Positions 37,506-48,970 of a DNA stretch of 64,000 nt are shown one piece after another. The first letter of the stretch is position 1. Every line of letters begins with the position of its first letter. The position numbers and the translations under genes are program-made. The notes below the pieces were generated by a model, which had not been told where the DNA came from, searched no databases, and worked only from the letters and a program-made list of their open reading frames with translations. This DNA comes from Candidatus Bathyarchaeota archaeon. GTDB taxonomy: Archaea > Thermoproteota > Bathyarchaeia > Bathyarchaeales > Bathycorpusculaceae. The DNA is taken from the NCBI GenBank assembly GCA_963715865.1, contig OY970280.1, positions 2,048,001 through 2,112,000 on the forward strand. Direction: 5' to 3'.

Positions 37506-38996
37506 ATGAAAGATATCAAAACCACAAGAAGCATTTGCCCTGAATGTCTAAAGGCTATAGACGCAACCATTTTTGAAGATGAAGGCAAAGTCTTCATTAA
37601 AAAAGAGTGCCCTGAACATGGGGCTTTCCAGGAAATTTACTGGTCAGATTACGATCAATACATGCGGGCAGAAAAATTCCGCTATGATGGCGAGGGAATA
37701 AGTAACCCTCGAACCGAGAAAAAGAACGGTTGCCCGTACGACTGCGGCATTTGCCCAGAACACAAATCTCACACTGCCCTTGCAATAATCGACGTCACAA
37801 ACAGGTGCAACCTTACTTGCCCGGTTTGCTTTGCTAATGCTGCGGCTGCAGGATACGTTTACGAACCCACTAAAGAGCAAATTACTGGAATGCTAGAGAA
37901 CCTTCGAGCCAACAAGCCAGTGCCAGCCACAGCTCTACAGTTCTCTGGCGGAGAACCAACAATCCGCAAGGACCTCTTCGACTTTGTTCGAAAGGCAAAA
38001 GAGCTTGGCTTCAGTCACGTGGAGATTAATACGAATGGTCTTCGACTCTCGCAAAGCGTAGATTACTGCCGAGACCTCAAAGCGGCAGGCGTAAGCACCA
38101 TTTACCTGCAGTTCGACGGGTTAACCCCTGACGTTTACAAGTTCATTCGCGGAGTAGACCTTCTTGACATAAAAATGAAGGCAATCGAAAACCTTCGCCA
38201 AGCAGGAATAGACAGCATCGTCCTAGTAGTCACACTGGTGAAAGGCGTTAATGATCACCAACTTGGCGACATAATCAATTTTGCTGCCAAAAACTTCGAC
38301 GTGATAAGATGCGTAAACGTTCAACCAGTCAGCCTCTGTGGAAGACTGCCACAAAAACAACGCGAAAACATGCGCATCACAATCCCAGACTTCATGAAAA
38401 AAGTTGAAGAACAAACAAACGGAACAATAAAAGTATCAGACTTCTACCCCGTACCTACGGTTGTGCCAATTTCAAAAGCCGTCGGCGCACTAAAAGACAG
38501 ACGATATTTAGAGTTCACCGCGCATCCGCACTGTGGTATGGCAACTTACCTTTTAATTGAAAACGGAAAAATCGTTCCAATCACACGCTACGGAAACATC
38601 GACAAATTCATCGCCGTAATGAACAAAGTTTATGAGACTGCGGCAAAGGGAAGCAAGACCAAAGCTAAATTACGCTTAGTCAGTTCAATGCGTTACATAA
38701 AATTCGGTTTCCTAAGAAAATACGTTCTAGGCGTAATAACAAGCGGCGACTACAAAGCCCTCGGCGATTTGCAAAGGCAGGCGATTCTGCTTTCGGCCAT
38801 GCATTTCATGGACCCATACAACTTTGACCTTGAAAGAGTACAACGCTGCCTAATTCACTATGCCGTGCCAGATGGACGCATAATTCCATTCTGCACCATG
38901 AACTCCATCCATAGGACTGAAGTTGAAAAGAAACTTGGCGTCCCAATCAAAGAGTGGAAGGACAAACATAAAGTTGAAATAAGCCAGCCATTCTAG
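37506..38996 (+). CDS. tes: Radical SAM tetraether lipid (GDGT) synthase-like
   Basis: N-terminal CxxC...CPEHG, CPYDCGICPEH, CNLTCPVC, HPHCG, GRIIPFC. Confidence 0.85.
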   Translation: MKDIKTTRSICPECLKAIDATIFEDEGKVFIKKECPEHGAFQEIYWSDYDQYMRAEKFRYDGEGISNPRTEKKNGCPYDCGICPEHKSHTALAIIDVTNRCNLTCPVCFANAAAAGYVYEPTKEQITGMLENLRANKPVPATALQFSGGEPTIRKDLFDFVRKAKELGFSHVEINTNGLRLSQSVDYCRDLKAAGVSTIYLQFDGLTPDVYKFIRGVDLLDIKMKAIENLRQAGIDSIVLVVTLVKGVNDHQLGDIINFAAKNFDVIRCVNVQPVSLCGRLPQKQRENMRITIPDFMKKVEEQTNGTIKVSDFYPVPTVVPISKAVGALKDRRYLEFTAHPHCGMATYLLIENGKIVPITRYGNIDKFIAVMNKVYETAAKGSKTKAKLRLVSSMRYIKFGFLRKYVLGVITSGDYKALGDLQRQAILLSAMHFMDPYNFDLERVQRCLIHYAVPDGRIIPFCTMNSIHRTEVEKKLGVPIKEWKDKHKVEISQPF

Positions 38997-39033
38997 GTGT
39001 TGAGAACAAAAAAATAGCAAGGTGAAAAAAATT

Positions 39034-39363
39034 ATGGGCGGGAAAAAGAAGCTCGGCATAAAGCAGATGGAAAAGCAGCAGGTTAAGGAAGACGAAGACA
39101 AATCGAAAGAGAAGAAGAAAGATAAAGCTGGAATGTCAAAAGAAAGAAAAACTATCGGAATAATGCCTCCAGACGCCAAGAACGAAAAAATCGTCAGCGA
39201 AGTAAAGAAAATGAACGTTCTAACACCGTACGCTGTAGCAACAAGGTTTAACATTCGAATTAGCACAGCAAAAGACTTCTTAGAACAACTGGAAGCGAAT
39301 GGTGCAGTGCAGCTTGTATCCGGCAGCCACAACATCAAAATCTACAAGCCCGTAGCAAGTTAA
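39034..39363 (+). CDS. rps25e: 30S ribosomal protein S25e
   Basis: MGGKKK...LTPYAVATRFNIRISTAKDFLEQL. Confidence 0.9.
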   Translation: MGGKKKLGIKQMEKQQVKEDEDKSKEKKKDKAGMSKERKTIGIMPPDAKNEKIVSEVKKMNVLTPYAVATRFNIRISTAKDFLEQLEANGAVQLVSGSHNIKIYKPVAS

Positions 39364-39396
39364 CTTGCTCCAAGATTAATCCTTTATCTTAAATTT

Positions 39397-39900
39397 TTGC
39401 AATTGGGGTTTTGTTTTCGTTTGAATTTTCCTGAAAGAGTTTACACGGCTAAAGAAGTAAAAACCGCTAAAGCACTAATCGATGAAGGCTACAAACACAA
39501 CCTAACAATTGAGGGCGCACCAGATTTTAAAGAAAAAGTTATCAGTGCCCTTGAACTAATCAAAACAGCAGGTTACTTTGAGTTTTTAAGAACATACATA
39601 AGGAAAATAATGGAAATCGACGGCATAACTCAATTGCGCGAAACAGAAGTAGCCATCTGGGCAAACAAGTTCGCTGTAGAAAACCCAGTTGACGCCGCCA
39701 GCCTACTCATCCAAAAAGCCTACCACATGAAAGAGTACCTAGAGGGCGAACTCTACTATGGCGGCAACGCAGAAAAACGCTCAGTTGCAAAACGCGTCGA
39801 GTTCCTGCAGGTTCTTAGAGATAAAAGCGGCGACAAAAACGTAAAAGAAGAATGCGAACGGCTACTCCAAATGTGGAAAGAGAGTTCATTAGCCTTTTAA
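39397..39900 (+). CDS. Hypothetical protein
   Basis: ORF track, typical codon usage. Confidence 0.7.
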   Translation: MQLGFCFRLNFPERVYTAKEVKTAKALIDEGYKHNLTIEGAPDFKEKVISALELIKTAGYFEFLRTYIRKIMEIDGITQLRETEVAIWANKFAVENPVDAASLLIQKAYHMKEYLEGELYYGGNAEKRSVAKRVEFLQVLRDKSGDKNVKEECERLLQMWKESSLAF

Positions 39901-40283
39901 GCTGTTAACAATTCAACCTTAATTGTTGCTCCACTTTTAACTTGCTTAAAAATCTCCAAATTACTTGTTATTTTTCCAAGTATACTCACGGGACTATAGG
40001 GCTGTGACTTGCCGTAGAATACGCATAAGGCGCTGCCCATAGGCCAAAAAGCGATAGTGCCAGTTTCCACGGTTGGCTTTGCTTTTTCTTCGCCCATTTT
40101 AATTGGAATTTCAAAGTAAACCTCTTCTTTCCACAACGCAGCTCTGCCTTCAACTGGAAGCTTCCGAACGATAGCGTCAATGGTTCTTGGCGCTAAAAAT
40201 CTAACTAATTCACCTTCAGCTTCGCCTAAGCCTTCGATGAGAAACTTGACTTTTACACGGGAGATGTCTGCTTCATTACTCAA
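39897..40283 (-). CDS. Cyclophilin-like fold protein (DUF369 type)
   Basis: WKEEVYFEIP, GTIAFWPMGSALCVFYG. Confidence 0.85.
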   Translation of the reverse strand: MSNEADISRVKVKFLIEGLGEAEGELVRFLAPRTIDAIVRKLPVEGRAALWKEEVYFEIPIKMGEEKAKPTVETGTIAFWPMGSALCVFYGKSQPYSPVSILGKITSNLEIFKQVKSGATIKVELLTA

Positions 40284-40409
40284 CTGTTTTCATGCTCCTT
40301 TAAAGAAAATCCAGTAAATCTCTAAGGATAGCTATTCTTAACGCGAAGTTCAATTTAACTCTTACAGTCGGTTATTGGTGAAAATCGTTTAAATCAGTCG
40401 CTAATCTGG

Positions 40410-41513
40410 CTATAGGAGGCTTAGAAGAGTTTTTCCTATAAAATCAACCTGTTCAACGGTGACCCCTGGATGAATTGGCAGTGAGAAAACCTGTTTTGAC
40501 GCTTTATCCGTTTCAGGCAATTTAGCACTTCCAAAGTTCTCTCGGTAAAACGGCATCTGATGCACAGGATTAACGTAATACACTTCAGCACCAATCCCTT
40601 TTTTCTTCAACGCTTCCACAATCTTGTTGCGTTCAGTTTCCGTGCCATCCTTCAGCCTTGCGGTGTACAGGTACCAGCTGTGCTGTCGATCTTTTAATTC
40701 CCACGGCAAAATCAGTCTGCTACTTTTTTCTAGGATTTTTGTTAGTTGTTGCGCGTTTTGGCGGCGTTTAGCCAAAAAAGAGGGCAACTTTTCCAGTTGC
40801 ACGTTACCTATTGCCGCTTGCACCTCGGACATGCGATAGTTAGTTCCAAGCATGAGTGATGCGTACTTAGCTTTTTCACCATGAGTCCTAATCATCCTCA
40901 GGGTTTCAGCTATTTGATCATTGTTTGTTGTGATTACTCCACCTTCACCTGTTGTAATATTTTTGCTTGCGTATAAGCTCCAGCAGGCGACATCAGCGAA
41001 CGCTCCCGCAGGTTTCCCAGCGTATGTTGCTCCATGCGCTTGAGCAGCATCCTCAACCAACGCTAAACCATGTTTCATGGCGATTTCCCGCATGGGTTTT
41101 ATATCGGCTGAAAAACCGTACAGGTCCACGGGCAGTATAGCCTTGGTATTTTTTGTTATAGATTTTTCAACCGCACTAGCCGATAAATCGTAAGTTTCAG
41201 CATCAATGTCAGCGAAAACTGGTTTCCCGCCAGCTAACACGACTGCCTCAGCTGTGGCTACGAAAGTGAAGCTGGGCAAAATAACTTCATCACCTTGCTT
41301 TACACCGGAAGCCACAACAGCAGAGTGCAAGGCGGCAGTGCCAGTGTTAACGGCTACAGCATTTTTTACGCCAGCGAATTTGGCAAAGTTTTTCTCGAAT
41401 TCTGTTACCATCGGGCCAGCTCCAAGCCCGCTTGTTAACATTCCGCTTCGAAGAACTTTAACTACTGCCTGCACTTCCTCTTCGCCGATTTTTGGCAGGT
41501 TAATCGGTATCAT
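40410..41513 (-). CDS. DegT/DnrJ/EryC1 sugar aminotransferase
   Basis: EDAAQAHGA, SLYASKNITTGEGG. Confidence 0.93.
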   Translation of the reverse strand: MIPINLPKIGEEEVQAVVKVLRSGMLTSGLGAGPMVTEFEKNFAKFAGVKNAVAVNTGTAALHSAVVASGVKQGDEVILPSFTFVATAEAVVLAGGKPVFADIDAETYDLSASAVEKSITKNTKAILPVDLYGFSADIKPMREIAMKHGLALVEDAAQAHGATYAGKPAGAFADVACWSLYASKNITTGEGGVITTNNDQIAETLRMIRTHGEKAKYASLMLGTNYRMSEVQAAIGNVQLEKLPSFLAKRRQNAQQLTKILEKSSRLILPWELKDRQHSWYLYTARLKDGTETERNKIVEALKKKGIGAEVYYVNPVHQMPFYRENFGSAKLPETDKASKQVFSLPIHPGVTVEQVDFIGKTLLSLL

Positions 41514-41587
41514 TTTTTAGCCTCGCTTTGTTAGGATACTGGTCACGTGCTACTATTTCATTTTTCCGACTATTAATAGTAATTCCA

Positions 41588-42736
41588 TTATTCAACAGCC
41601 ACTTTTTGTATGCTTTTGTAGTCGGTTACAACGTTAATTTCATGTGCTTTAAGCTCATTTTCCAGTTCTGTGTCTCCAGTGTCAACCCTTAAACTTTTCA
41701 ACCTGTCCAATTTGCTTTTAGTCGCAATCACAACAATGTTGTCTAAACCTACTTGGCTGATTACTTTGGGGCTTATCTGCTGGTTTCCTCTGCCAAAAAT
41801 GAATCCTTGCCCCCCAATCGGCGTTACAATTATCCATGCGGCTTTTCCACTTATGAAATCTAGTATTTGTTTTTCGTTTACGTCGCTTGCGATTATTTTC
41901 TTGTTCTGGAAAAGATCCACGCCTAAAAGGGTTTTTTTAGCGTCCAAGAGATCACCGATAGTACGGGTGGTTGTTCCTGGACCAATTATGTAAATGATGT
42001 CTGGTTTCATTTCTTCAATAATGTAAATTGCTATTGCTGCTTGGTTGCGAACTTCGCTCTCAGTCATTGGACTTTCAAGCTTATTCCCCTGAATCAAATG
42101 AGGCTCATAAGGGCTCAACATGTACCCGTAGAGTTCAGCGGAAAGGCGACCTTCTCTGAAGGCTTGCTCATCTACATCCATCACCTCCGCTTCTCGCAGG
42201 GGCAATCCGCCCCAAAGATAGCTGATGGCAACTCTTGCGGCAGCTTGAGGGCTCACGGCGAATATGGCGCTGTGCATTTTGACGCCTGTTGGAACACCAA
42301 GCACAGGAACCTTCATGCCAACGGCTTTTAGTATGTCGCGGGTTGTTCCGTCGCCGCCGCAGAAAACAAGCAAATCAACACCAGCCTTCACCACTTCTTT
42401 AGCGATATTTTGCGTGTCTTCGGATGTGGTTTCTTTTTTTCTTTCGCCGATAACTTGGCAGGTGAAGCCGCATTTCTTTGCTTGGTTCTCACCCATGCAG
42501 CCAGCGCCAACAATCAGTTTTAAGCTTTGTTTGGCTGGATAAAGTTCTGAGAGGAAGGTTTCTGCTCTTTGCGATGCTATGGGTTTAGCTCCTAGGGATA
42601 TGGCTTTGTTTAGGATAGTTTTGCCGTCTGTTCCTTTTAATCCGACGGCTCCACCCATTCCAGCAATAGGGTTTACGATGAATCCGATTGTTTTTGTTGG
42701 CAGAGTTTTTTCAGGAACATTCATGCGAAGAACCAA
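41588..42736 (-). CDS. ATP-NAD kinase-family protein
   Basis: NPIAGMGG, GGDGT, GVKMHS, GRGNQQIS. Confidence 0.88.
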   Translation of the reverse strand: MVLRMNVPEKTLPTKTIGFIVNPIAGMGGAVGLKGTDGKTILNKAISLGAKPIASQRAETFLSELYPAKQSLKLIVGAGCMGENQAKKCGFTCQVIGERKKETTSEDTQNIAKEVVKAGVDLLVFCGGDGTTRDILKAVGMKVPVLGVPTGVKMHSAIFAVSPQAAARVAISYLWGGLPLREAEVMDVDEQAFREGRLSAELYGYMLSPYEPHLIQGNKLESPMTESEVRNQAAIAIYIIEEMKPDIIYIIGPGTTTRTIGDLLDAKKTLLGVDLFQNKKIIASDVNEKQILDFISGKAAWIIVTPIGGQGFIFGRGNQQISPKVISQVGLDNIVVIATKSKLDRLKSLRVDTGDTELENELKAHEINVVTDYKSIQKVAVE

Positions 42737-42791
42737 ATTTAATATTAGATTAGCTGAGATAAAAAGAAGAATAAAAGAAGGGTATTGGGGT

Positions 42792-44204
42792 TTAGAGTGG
42801 TTCGCAGCTTATGTATTTCTTGTTAACCTCGTCTAGCCACGGATACAGCGTATGAAGTTTCTTCATTGATTCCTCGACTTTCTTAGTTGGGTACTCATAT
42901 GGTTGCAGGTTGCCGCTGAAGTATTCATCGTATGCCGCCATGTCAAAGAAGCCGTGACCACAAAGCAAGAACAGAATGGTTTTTGCTTCGCCAGTTTTTT
43001 TGCATCGGAGGGCTTCGTCGATAGCGCCTTTGATGGCGTGGGCAGGCTCAGGTGCAGGGATGATTCCTTCAGCTTGAATGAATTGTTTGGCTGCGTCGAA
43101 GACTTCGACCTGATTGTAGGCTTCGGTGGTCATCTGTTTCTCCTGTGTTAGGAGGCTTATGGTGGGCGCAATTCCATGGTAGCGGAGTCCTCCAGCGTGG
43201 ATGGGTGCCGGGATGAAGTCATGCCCCAGGGTGTGCATGGGAACCAAGGGTGTTATTCTGGCGGTGTCTCCATGGTCGTATTGGTATTGCCCTTTGGTAA
43301 CTTTGGGACAGGCTGAGGCTTCGGTGGCTACGAACTTTGTTTCTTTTGGTGCCTTTTTGGAGACTTTATCGTAGTAAAATGGCCACATGAGACCACTGTA
43401 GCTGCTTCCTCCGCCTATGCAACCGTACACAACGTCTGGATAGTCATCAACCATTTCTAGTTGTCTCTTTGTTTCTAAGCCTATGACTGTTTGATGTAGC
43501 AGGACGTGGTTGAAGACGCTACCTATGGTATAGTTAGTTTCTTCTTCGTTGACGAGGGCATCTTCGACAGCTTCACTGATAGCTATGCCGAGGCTGCCCT
43601 TGCTATCTGGATCTTCAGCAAGGATTTTTCTTCCCGCTTCTGTTCGGTTACTTGGGCTAGCAAAACATTCTGCGCCGAAAGCGTTCATCATCATTTTGCG
43701 GTAGGGTTTCTGGTCATAGCTTGCACGCACCATGTAAACTGTGGCTTTGAGCCCGAACATCATGGCTGCAAATGCCAAGGCGGAACCCCATTGGCCTGCG
43801 CCTGTTTCTGTTGATAGGCGTTTTGTGCCTTCTTTCATGTTGTAATATGCTTGGGGTACGGCAGTGTTTGGTTTGTGGCTTCCAGCAGGACTTACGCCTT
43901 CGTATTTGTAGTAGATTTTTGCTGGCGTTTTTAGCGCTTTTTCTAGACCGATGGCTCTGAAGAGTGGTGTTGGTCTCCAGATTCGGTATACTTCTCGGAC
44001 TTCTTCAGGTATGTCTATCCATCGTTCTTGGCTTATTTCTTGACCGATAATTGCTTTTGGGAATATTCGTGGGACGATTCCGACCCCTGGCTGTTTTGTT
44101 GCTGCATCTATGAATGGTGGAAGCGGCCTAGGTAAGTCGGGAACTATGTTGTACCATTGTTTTGGTATTTCGTCTTCGTTTAATAGGATTTTTCTAGTTG
44201 GCAT
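42792..44204 (-). CDS. trpB2: Tryptophan synthase beta chain 2
   Basis: [29 protein letters not shown]. Confidence 0.93.
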   Translation of the reverse strand: MPTRKILLNEDEIPKQWYNIVPDLPRPLPPFIDAATKQPGVGIVPRIFPKAIIGQEISQERWIDIPEEVREVYRIWRPTPLFRAIGLEKALKTPAKIYYKYEGVSPAGSHKPNTAVPQAYYNMKEGTKRLSTETGAGQWGSALAFAAMMFGLKATVYMVRASYDQKPYRKMMMNAFGAECFASPSNRTEAGRKILAEDPDSKGSLGIAISEAVEDALVNEEETNYTIGSVFNHVLLHQTVIGLETKRQLEMVDDYPDVVYGCIGGGSSYSGLMWPFYYDKVSKKAPKETKFVATEASACPKVTKGQYQYDHGDTARITPLVPMHTLGHDFIPAPIHAGGLRYHGIAPTISLLTQEKQMTTEAYNQVEVFDAAKQFIQAEGIIPAPEPAHAIKGAIDEALRCKKTGEAKTILFLLCGHGFFDMAAYDEYFSGNLQPYEYPTKKVEESMKKLHTLYPWLDEVNKKYISCEPL

Positions 44205-44354
44205 TTTGTTCGCCTTTATGTATTTAGGGTTATGAATCGTACGTTTAAGTTTTATTTAAGGCTTTTGTGTACAGTTTTGTTCATTGAAAAATGCTCAACC
44301 GTTAAACAACACATTTATACCCAAACGAACAAAAACATACACAAGCGAAACAAA

Positions 44355-44858
44355 ATGTGGAACAAAATAAAAACCCAACTGCAAGAATACCCCGAACGAC
44401 TCAAAGTAGCACGCATCCTCATAGAAAACGGACTTAGCGTCCAAGACAACAAAATATACCTAAACCAAATTGAAATCCTGCCAGTACGCATAGCAAGAGT
44501 CGCCGGAGTAGACCGACGAACAGTAAACGAAACATTAAACATCATCAAAGCGAGCCCTGAACTCAAATTAATTTTTGAAGAAATACGTCCAGCAGGACAT
44601 TCACTAAAAGAAATCGCTAAACACATCAATCTGGGAGTCCTAGAAATAACCCCTGTAAACGCAAAATCGCCCGGAATCTTATCCAACGCAGCTATGATTC
44701 TCAACAGGGCAGGATTAAGCATCAGGCAAGCAATCGTAGATGACCCGGAACTCTCACCAGAACCAAAACTTACTTTGATAGTTGAGAAAAAAATCCCAGG
44801 AGAACTAATCCCTGAACTACTGAAAATACCAGGAATAGCCAAAGTTTCAGTCTACTAA
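44355..44858 (+). CDS. ACT-domain amino-acid metabolism regulator
   Basis: IARVAGVDRRTV HTH plus ACT (PGILS...SIRQAIVDDPEL); divergent from trpB2. Confidence 0.85.
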   Translation: MWNKIKTQLQEYPERLKVARILIENGLSVQDNKIYLNQIEILPVRIARVAGVDRRTVNETLNIIKASPELKLIFEEIRPAGHSLKEIAKHINLGVLEITPVNAKSPGILSNAAMILNRAGLSIRQAIVDDPELSPEPKLTLIVEKKIPGELIPELLKIPGIAKVSVY

Positions 44859-45009
44859 GCCATGGCAAATATGAAACGAAGGAAACCGTAAAAGCAAGTT
44901 AATGATGCAAAAATCGCTTGCCTAAGCTTTATTCATTATGCCTTGCCTAGAAAAACTTATATGGCTAGTAATATTCTGTTGTTGTTCGCATTAAAGGAGA
45001 TTACTTGAT

Positions 45010-46686
45010 TTGTCATCATTTCCAACACAAGCTGGCGGAGTGCCTGTTCTCATATTAAGAGAAGGCTCAAACAGGTCCCGTGGAAGAGAAGCACAACACG
45101 GAAACATAACTGCCGCCAAAGTGGTAGCCGAAAGCGTCCGAAGCGCTTTAGGCCCAAAAGGCATGGATAAAATGTTAGTGGACAACTTCGGAGACGTTAC
45201 AATAACAAGTGACGGGCGCACTATCTTGGATGAGATGGATATTCAGCATCCAGCGGCCAAAATGCTGGTGGAAGTTGCCAAGACACAAGACAATGAAGTT
45301 GGGGACGGAACAACATCTGCGGTTATAATTGCAGGTGAACTTTTGAGCAGAGCAGAAGAGCTGATAGACAAAAACATTCATCCCACAATAATAATTGATG
45401 GCTACAAGATGGCAGCTGAAAAAGCTTTAGAAACCCTTGACAAAATAGCCATGCCAGTAGACTTAAAATCACAGGATTACCTAAAGAAAGCCGCAATAAC
45501 TGCTATGGCAAGCAAATTAGTAGCTGAATATAAAGAATACTTAGCAGACATTGTTGTCAAAGCAATGATGACCGTGGCAGAAAAACAAGATAACACCTAC
45601 AAAGTAGATGTAGAGGACGTAAAAGTTGAAAAGAAAACAGGCGAATCCCTCAGAAATACAAGCCTAATCAACGGCGTAGTTTTAGACAAAGAAATCGTTC
45701 ACTCTGGAATGCCCAAACGAGTAGAAAAAGCAAAAATCGCTTTACTTGACGCTTCACTAGAAAACGAAAAACCAGAGTTAGACGCTAAAATTAACATTGA
45801 AAACCCCGCTCAGATTGAAGCCTTCCTAAAGCAAGAAGAAGCAATGCTAAAGGACATGGCGGATAAAATTGTAGCTTCAGGCGCCAACGTTGTAATATGC
45901 CAAAAAGGCATCGATGACATGGTTCAGCATTTTCTTGCAAGAAGAGGAATAATCGCCATTAGAAGAGCCAAAAAATCAGACATGGAGAAACTCGCAAAAG
46001 CCACGGGCGGAAAAATAGTATCAAGACTAGACGACATTTCGCCTGCTGACATTGGATACGCGGCTTTAGTTGAAGAACGCAGAATCGGCGATGATAAAAT
46101 GACCTTTATCGAAGGTTGCAAAAACCCCAAGGCAGTGACCATCCTAATTAGAGGCGGAACAGAACGCCTGAACGCGGAAGCAGAACGCTCAATCCACGAT
46201 GCACTATGCGTTATTCGAGACTTAATCCTAGAACCTAGAATTGTTGCTGGGGGAAGCGCTCCAGAACTTGAAATGGCAAACGCACTTAAAAAATATGCTG
46301 AAACCTTACCCGGCAGAGAACAGCTTGCAGTAAGAATATTCGCTGAAGCACTAGAATCAATAACAATAACATTATCTGAAAACGCAGGCTTAGACCCCAT
46401 CGACATACTGTCCGATTTAAGGTCTAGACATGAAAAAGGAGAAACATGGGCTGGCATAGAAGTAATAGAAGGCAAAGTGCAAGATATGTCTAAAGTAGGC
46501 GTTTTCGAACCAGTCGCAGTTAAAAAACAGATAATCAAATCAGCAAACGAAGCAGCATCCATGATTCTCAAAATTGACGACATTATTTCCTCTAGCAAAA
46601 TGAAGGCACCTCCAATGCCACCGGGAGGAGGGATGCCAGGCGGAATGGGCGGTATGGGTGGATATCCAGGCGCTGGAGAGTATTAA
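45010..46686 (+). CDS. ths: Thermosome subunit (group II chaperonin)
   Basis: [19 protein letters not shown]-rich tail. Confidence 0.97.
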   Translation: MSSFPTQAGGVPVLILREGSNRSRGREAQHGNITAAKVVAESVRSALGPKGMDKMLVDNFGDVTITSDGRTILDEMDIQHPAAKMLVEVAKTQDNEVGDGTTSAVIIAGELLSRAEELIDKNIHPTIIIDGYKMAAEKALETLDKIAMPVDLKSQDYLKKAAITAMASKLVAEYKEYLADIVVKAMMTVAEKQDNTYKVDVEDVKVEKKTGESLRNTSLINGVVLDKEIVHSGMPKRVEKAKIALLDASLENEKPELDAKINIENPAQIEAFLKQEEAMLKDMADKIVASGANVVICQKGIDDMVQHFLARRGIIAIRRAKKSDMEKLAKATGGKIVSRLDDISPADIGYAALVEERRIGDDKMTFIEGCKNPKAVTILIRGGTERLNAEAERSIHDALCVIRDLILEPRIVAGGSAPELEMANALKKYAETLPGREQLAVRIFAEALESITITLSENAGLDPIDILSDLRSRHEKGETWAGIEVIEGKVQDMSKVGVFEPVAVKKQIIKSANEAASMILKIDDIISSSKMKAPPMPPGGGMPGGMGGMGGYPGAGEY

Positions 46687-46689
46687 AAT

Positions 46690-46935
46690 ACGTCAGAACA
46701 AAAAATAACTGTAGGACCACCAAAAATTACTCGCTTCGAGAAAGCAAGAATAGTTGGAGCTAGAGCTCTTCAAATCTCGATGGGAGCACCGATTTTGGTG
46801 GATGCTTGTGAAAATACAAACCCGATTGACATAGCTCTAAAAGAACTTGAGGCTGGAATACTACCGATAACTATCAGAAGAACCCTGCCAGATGGAACCT
46901 TCCAAGATATTCCATTAAAATGGCTACTAGCTTAA
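46690..46935 (+). CDS. rpoK: RNA polymerase subunit K (Rpo6); apparent ACG start
   Basis: Manual translation (T/M)[33 protein letters not shown]...[16 protein letters not shown]. Confidence 0.92.
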   Translation, partial: TSEQKITVGPPKITRFEKARIVGARALQISMGAPILVDACENTNPIDIALKELEAGILPITIRRTLPDGTFQDIPLKWLLA

Positions 46936-47420
46936 CCACGCATATCTTTTTTTTCCAATTTTGCCTTTGCTTCATTTAGAATGTCGCAGATTTTTTTCCA
47001 GTGCGCTCCTTGCCAATAGACTTGCCCGCAATTAGGACACTTCCAAAACTTATCATAATAAATGAATGTGTTTTTCTCTAATTCGCCTGAAAGCAGCTCT
47101 TTTGGCGTTGCCTTAAGTTTAGTGTTGCATATTGGGCAACGGGACTTTTCCATATCTATCGCTAACGTTAAGCCATATCGCTTGCCAAGTTCCGCCAGCC
47201 GTTCAGATTCCTTCTTGCCTTCAAGGTAGAAAGCGTCTACGCCCTTGGCGATGGCGCGTTGGTAGAGCTCCAAATCTTTAGTTAACAAAACGCGGTTTTC
47301 CTTTTTTGCCACTTCAAGAAGTTCAGAATCACTTAGCTGGACGGAGTATATGACGTCTTGTCCTAACATGCGCAGCCAACGTGCAAGTTTTCCCAGCATA
47401 CCATCCGCTAGGAACTTCAC
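46932..47420 (-). CDS. Mut7-C RNase (PIN) domain protein
   Basis: [28 protein letters not shown]...[13 protein letters not shown]. Confidence 0.92.
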   Translation of the reverse strand: MKFLADGMLGKLARWLRMLGQDVIYSVQLSDSELLEVAKKENRVLLTKDLELYQRAIAKGVDAFYLEGKKESERLAELGKRYGLTLAIDMEKSRCPICNTKLKATPKELLSGELEKNTFIYYDKFWKCPNCGQVYWQGAHWKKICDILNEAKAKLEKKDMRG

Positions 47421-48763
47421 ACATTGCCTCTCCGAACAATTGAGCCACTACCTGCTTTAGCAACTATTTCCCCCTCATCAAAAACTAACAATCCGTTAAC
47501 GAAGGTTTTTACTGGTTTACCCTGAACGTCCCACCCATCGTAGGGCGAATATTTTGCTTTAGACTTGAATTTTGAGGCATCAATTTTGAATTTACGGTTA
47601 AAATCTACCACCGTTAAATCTGCATTTTTCCCTTGTTCCAAACGACCGCGATCATTCAAACCGTAAATTTCTGATGGTTTCTTTGCGAGAAGTTGAACCG
47701 CTTGGGCTAAGGATAACCGATTCTTCTTTACAAGTGTCAAAATAAGTGGCAAAGTAGTTTCTAAACCTGGCACGCCGACTTTAACATCCCAAACGCTGCT
47801 TGCAGACTTCTCACTCAAAGCATGCGGTGCATGGTCTGAGCCTAAAGCATCAACCCAACCCGCTTCCAAGCCTTTCCATAATGCTTCAATGTGATTTTTG
47901 TTGCGAAGCGGGGGCGTCATAATCAGCATTTGCCCATAACGGTTTAAATCATCACTTGCCAGCAGTAGATGGTTAGGGGTAACTTCGCATGTTACTTTTC
48001 CGCCTGATTTTTTAGCGTCCACAATGGCGTTTAAGCCCTCTTCAGTTGAGACATGGCAAAAATGCAATCGCACACCAGTCGGCGCACTTATTTTTAGTAG
48101 GCGTTCGATGGCTTTTAGTTCAACTGTCTCCGAATGCACCTTTAGAAAAGCGGCAGTGTTACTTTTTTTGGCTTGTTTTAGTTTTTCCTCGTTGGTTGTA
48201 AGCAAAGCCTTGTCTTCGGCGTGCACCGCCACTGGCACATTCAACTCGGCGACTTCTTTGAACGCATCCTGCAAGGCTTGGTCATCATCAACGTTTAATC
48301 CGCCGATTTGGCAACCCATGAAAAGCTTGAACCCTACTGCCCCTTCCGAAACGATGTCTTTTGCTTCAGCCAGTTTTTTGGGAAATTCAGAGTAGAACCC
48401 AACGTTAACAAGGACTTTTCTTTCGGCGATTCTCATGCGGTTCCTTAAAGTTTCCATGCTCATTGTGACTGGCTCGTTGTTAGGCATGTCTAAGACGGTG
48501 GTGAAGCCCCCGGCGGCTGCAGCAGCGGTTCCTGTTTGGAAGTCTTCTTTGTACGCTTTTCCCTCATCCCGCAAGTGAACATGCTCATCTATCAAGCCTG
48601 GTAGCACTAGAAGGTTTTTTAGGTTAGTTTTTTGGTCAGCGTTAGGCATTTGGGTTTCTTTGCCGATTTTGAAGATTTTGCCTTCTTCGATGGCGAGGCT
48701 ACAATCGATGATTTGCCCGTTGAGGTAGGCTTTGGCGTTTGTGAGGACAGAATCAACAATCAA
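47417..48763 (-). CDS. pyrC: Dihydroorotase-family amidohydrolase
   Basis: DEHVHLR, DMPNN, HAED, CHVST, GSDHAPH. Confidence 0.88.
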   Translation of the reverse strand: MIVDSVLTNAKAYLNGQIIDCSLAIEEGKIFKIGKETQMPNADQKTNLKNLLVLPGLIDEHVHLRDEGKAYKEDFQTGTAAAAAGGFTTVLDMPNNEPVTMSMETLRNRMRIAERKVLVNVGFYSEFPKKLAEAKDIVSEGAVGFKLFMGCQIGGLNVDDDQALQDAFKEVAELNVPVAVHAEDKALLTTNEEKLKQAKKSNTAAFLKVHSETVELKAIERLLKISAPTGVRLHFCHVSTEEGLNAIVDAKKSGGKVTCEVTPNHLLLASDDLNRYGQMLIMTPPLRNKNHIEALWKGLEAGWVDALGSDHAPHALSEKSASSVWDVKVGVPGLETTLPLILTLVKKNRLSLAQAVQLLAKKPSEIYGLNDRGRLEQGKNADLTVVDFNRKFKIDASKFKSKAKYSPYDGWDVQGKPVKTFVNGLLVFDEGEIVAKAGSGSIVRRGNV

Positions 48764-48871
48764 AGTCAGTTCACGGTCTATAGTGAATAGCGAGTGGTTT
48801 GATTAATTAAAGTTTATCAAGCTATTCGTTTTGATTTCAGTTTAAATTTTTTAATCCAATGAAAAATAAAT

Positions 48872-48899
48872 TGGAAAGCCGGGGTTGATTTGAACCCCT
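48872..48899 (-). pseudogene. Decayed tRNA 3'-end-like sequence
   Basis: Minus strand AGGGG-TTCAAAT-CAACC-CCGGCTT-T-CCA has tRNA T-loop/acceptor/CCA spacing but a mispaired T-stem. Confidence 0.35.
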
Positions 48900-48970
48900 G
48901 CCAGAGTGAGGTATCACCTGAACAACCTTTATTTTTTCCAGTGTGCTCTCCCTGCGCTGATATTAGATTA

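Noticed and set aside
46600-46680. GGN/ATG-rich repeat
   Set aside because: Normal Gly-Gly-Met chaperonin C-terminal tail
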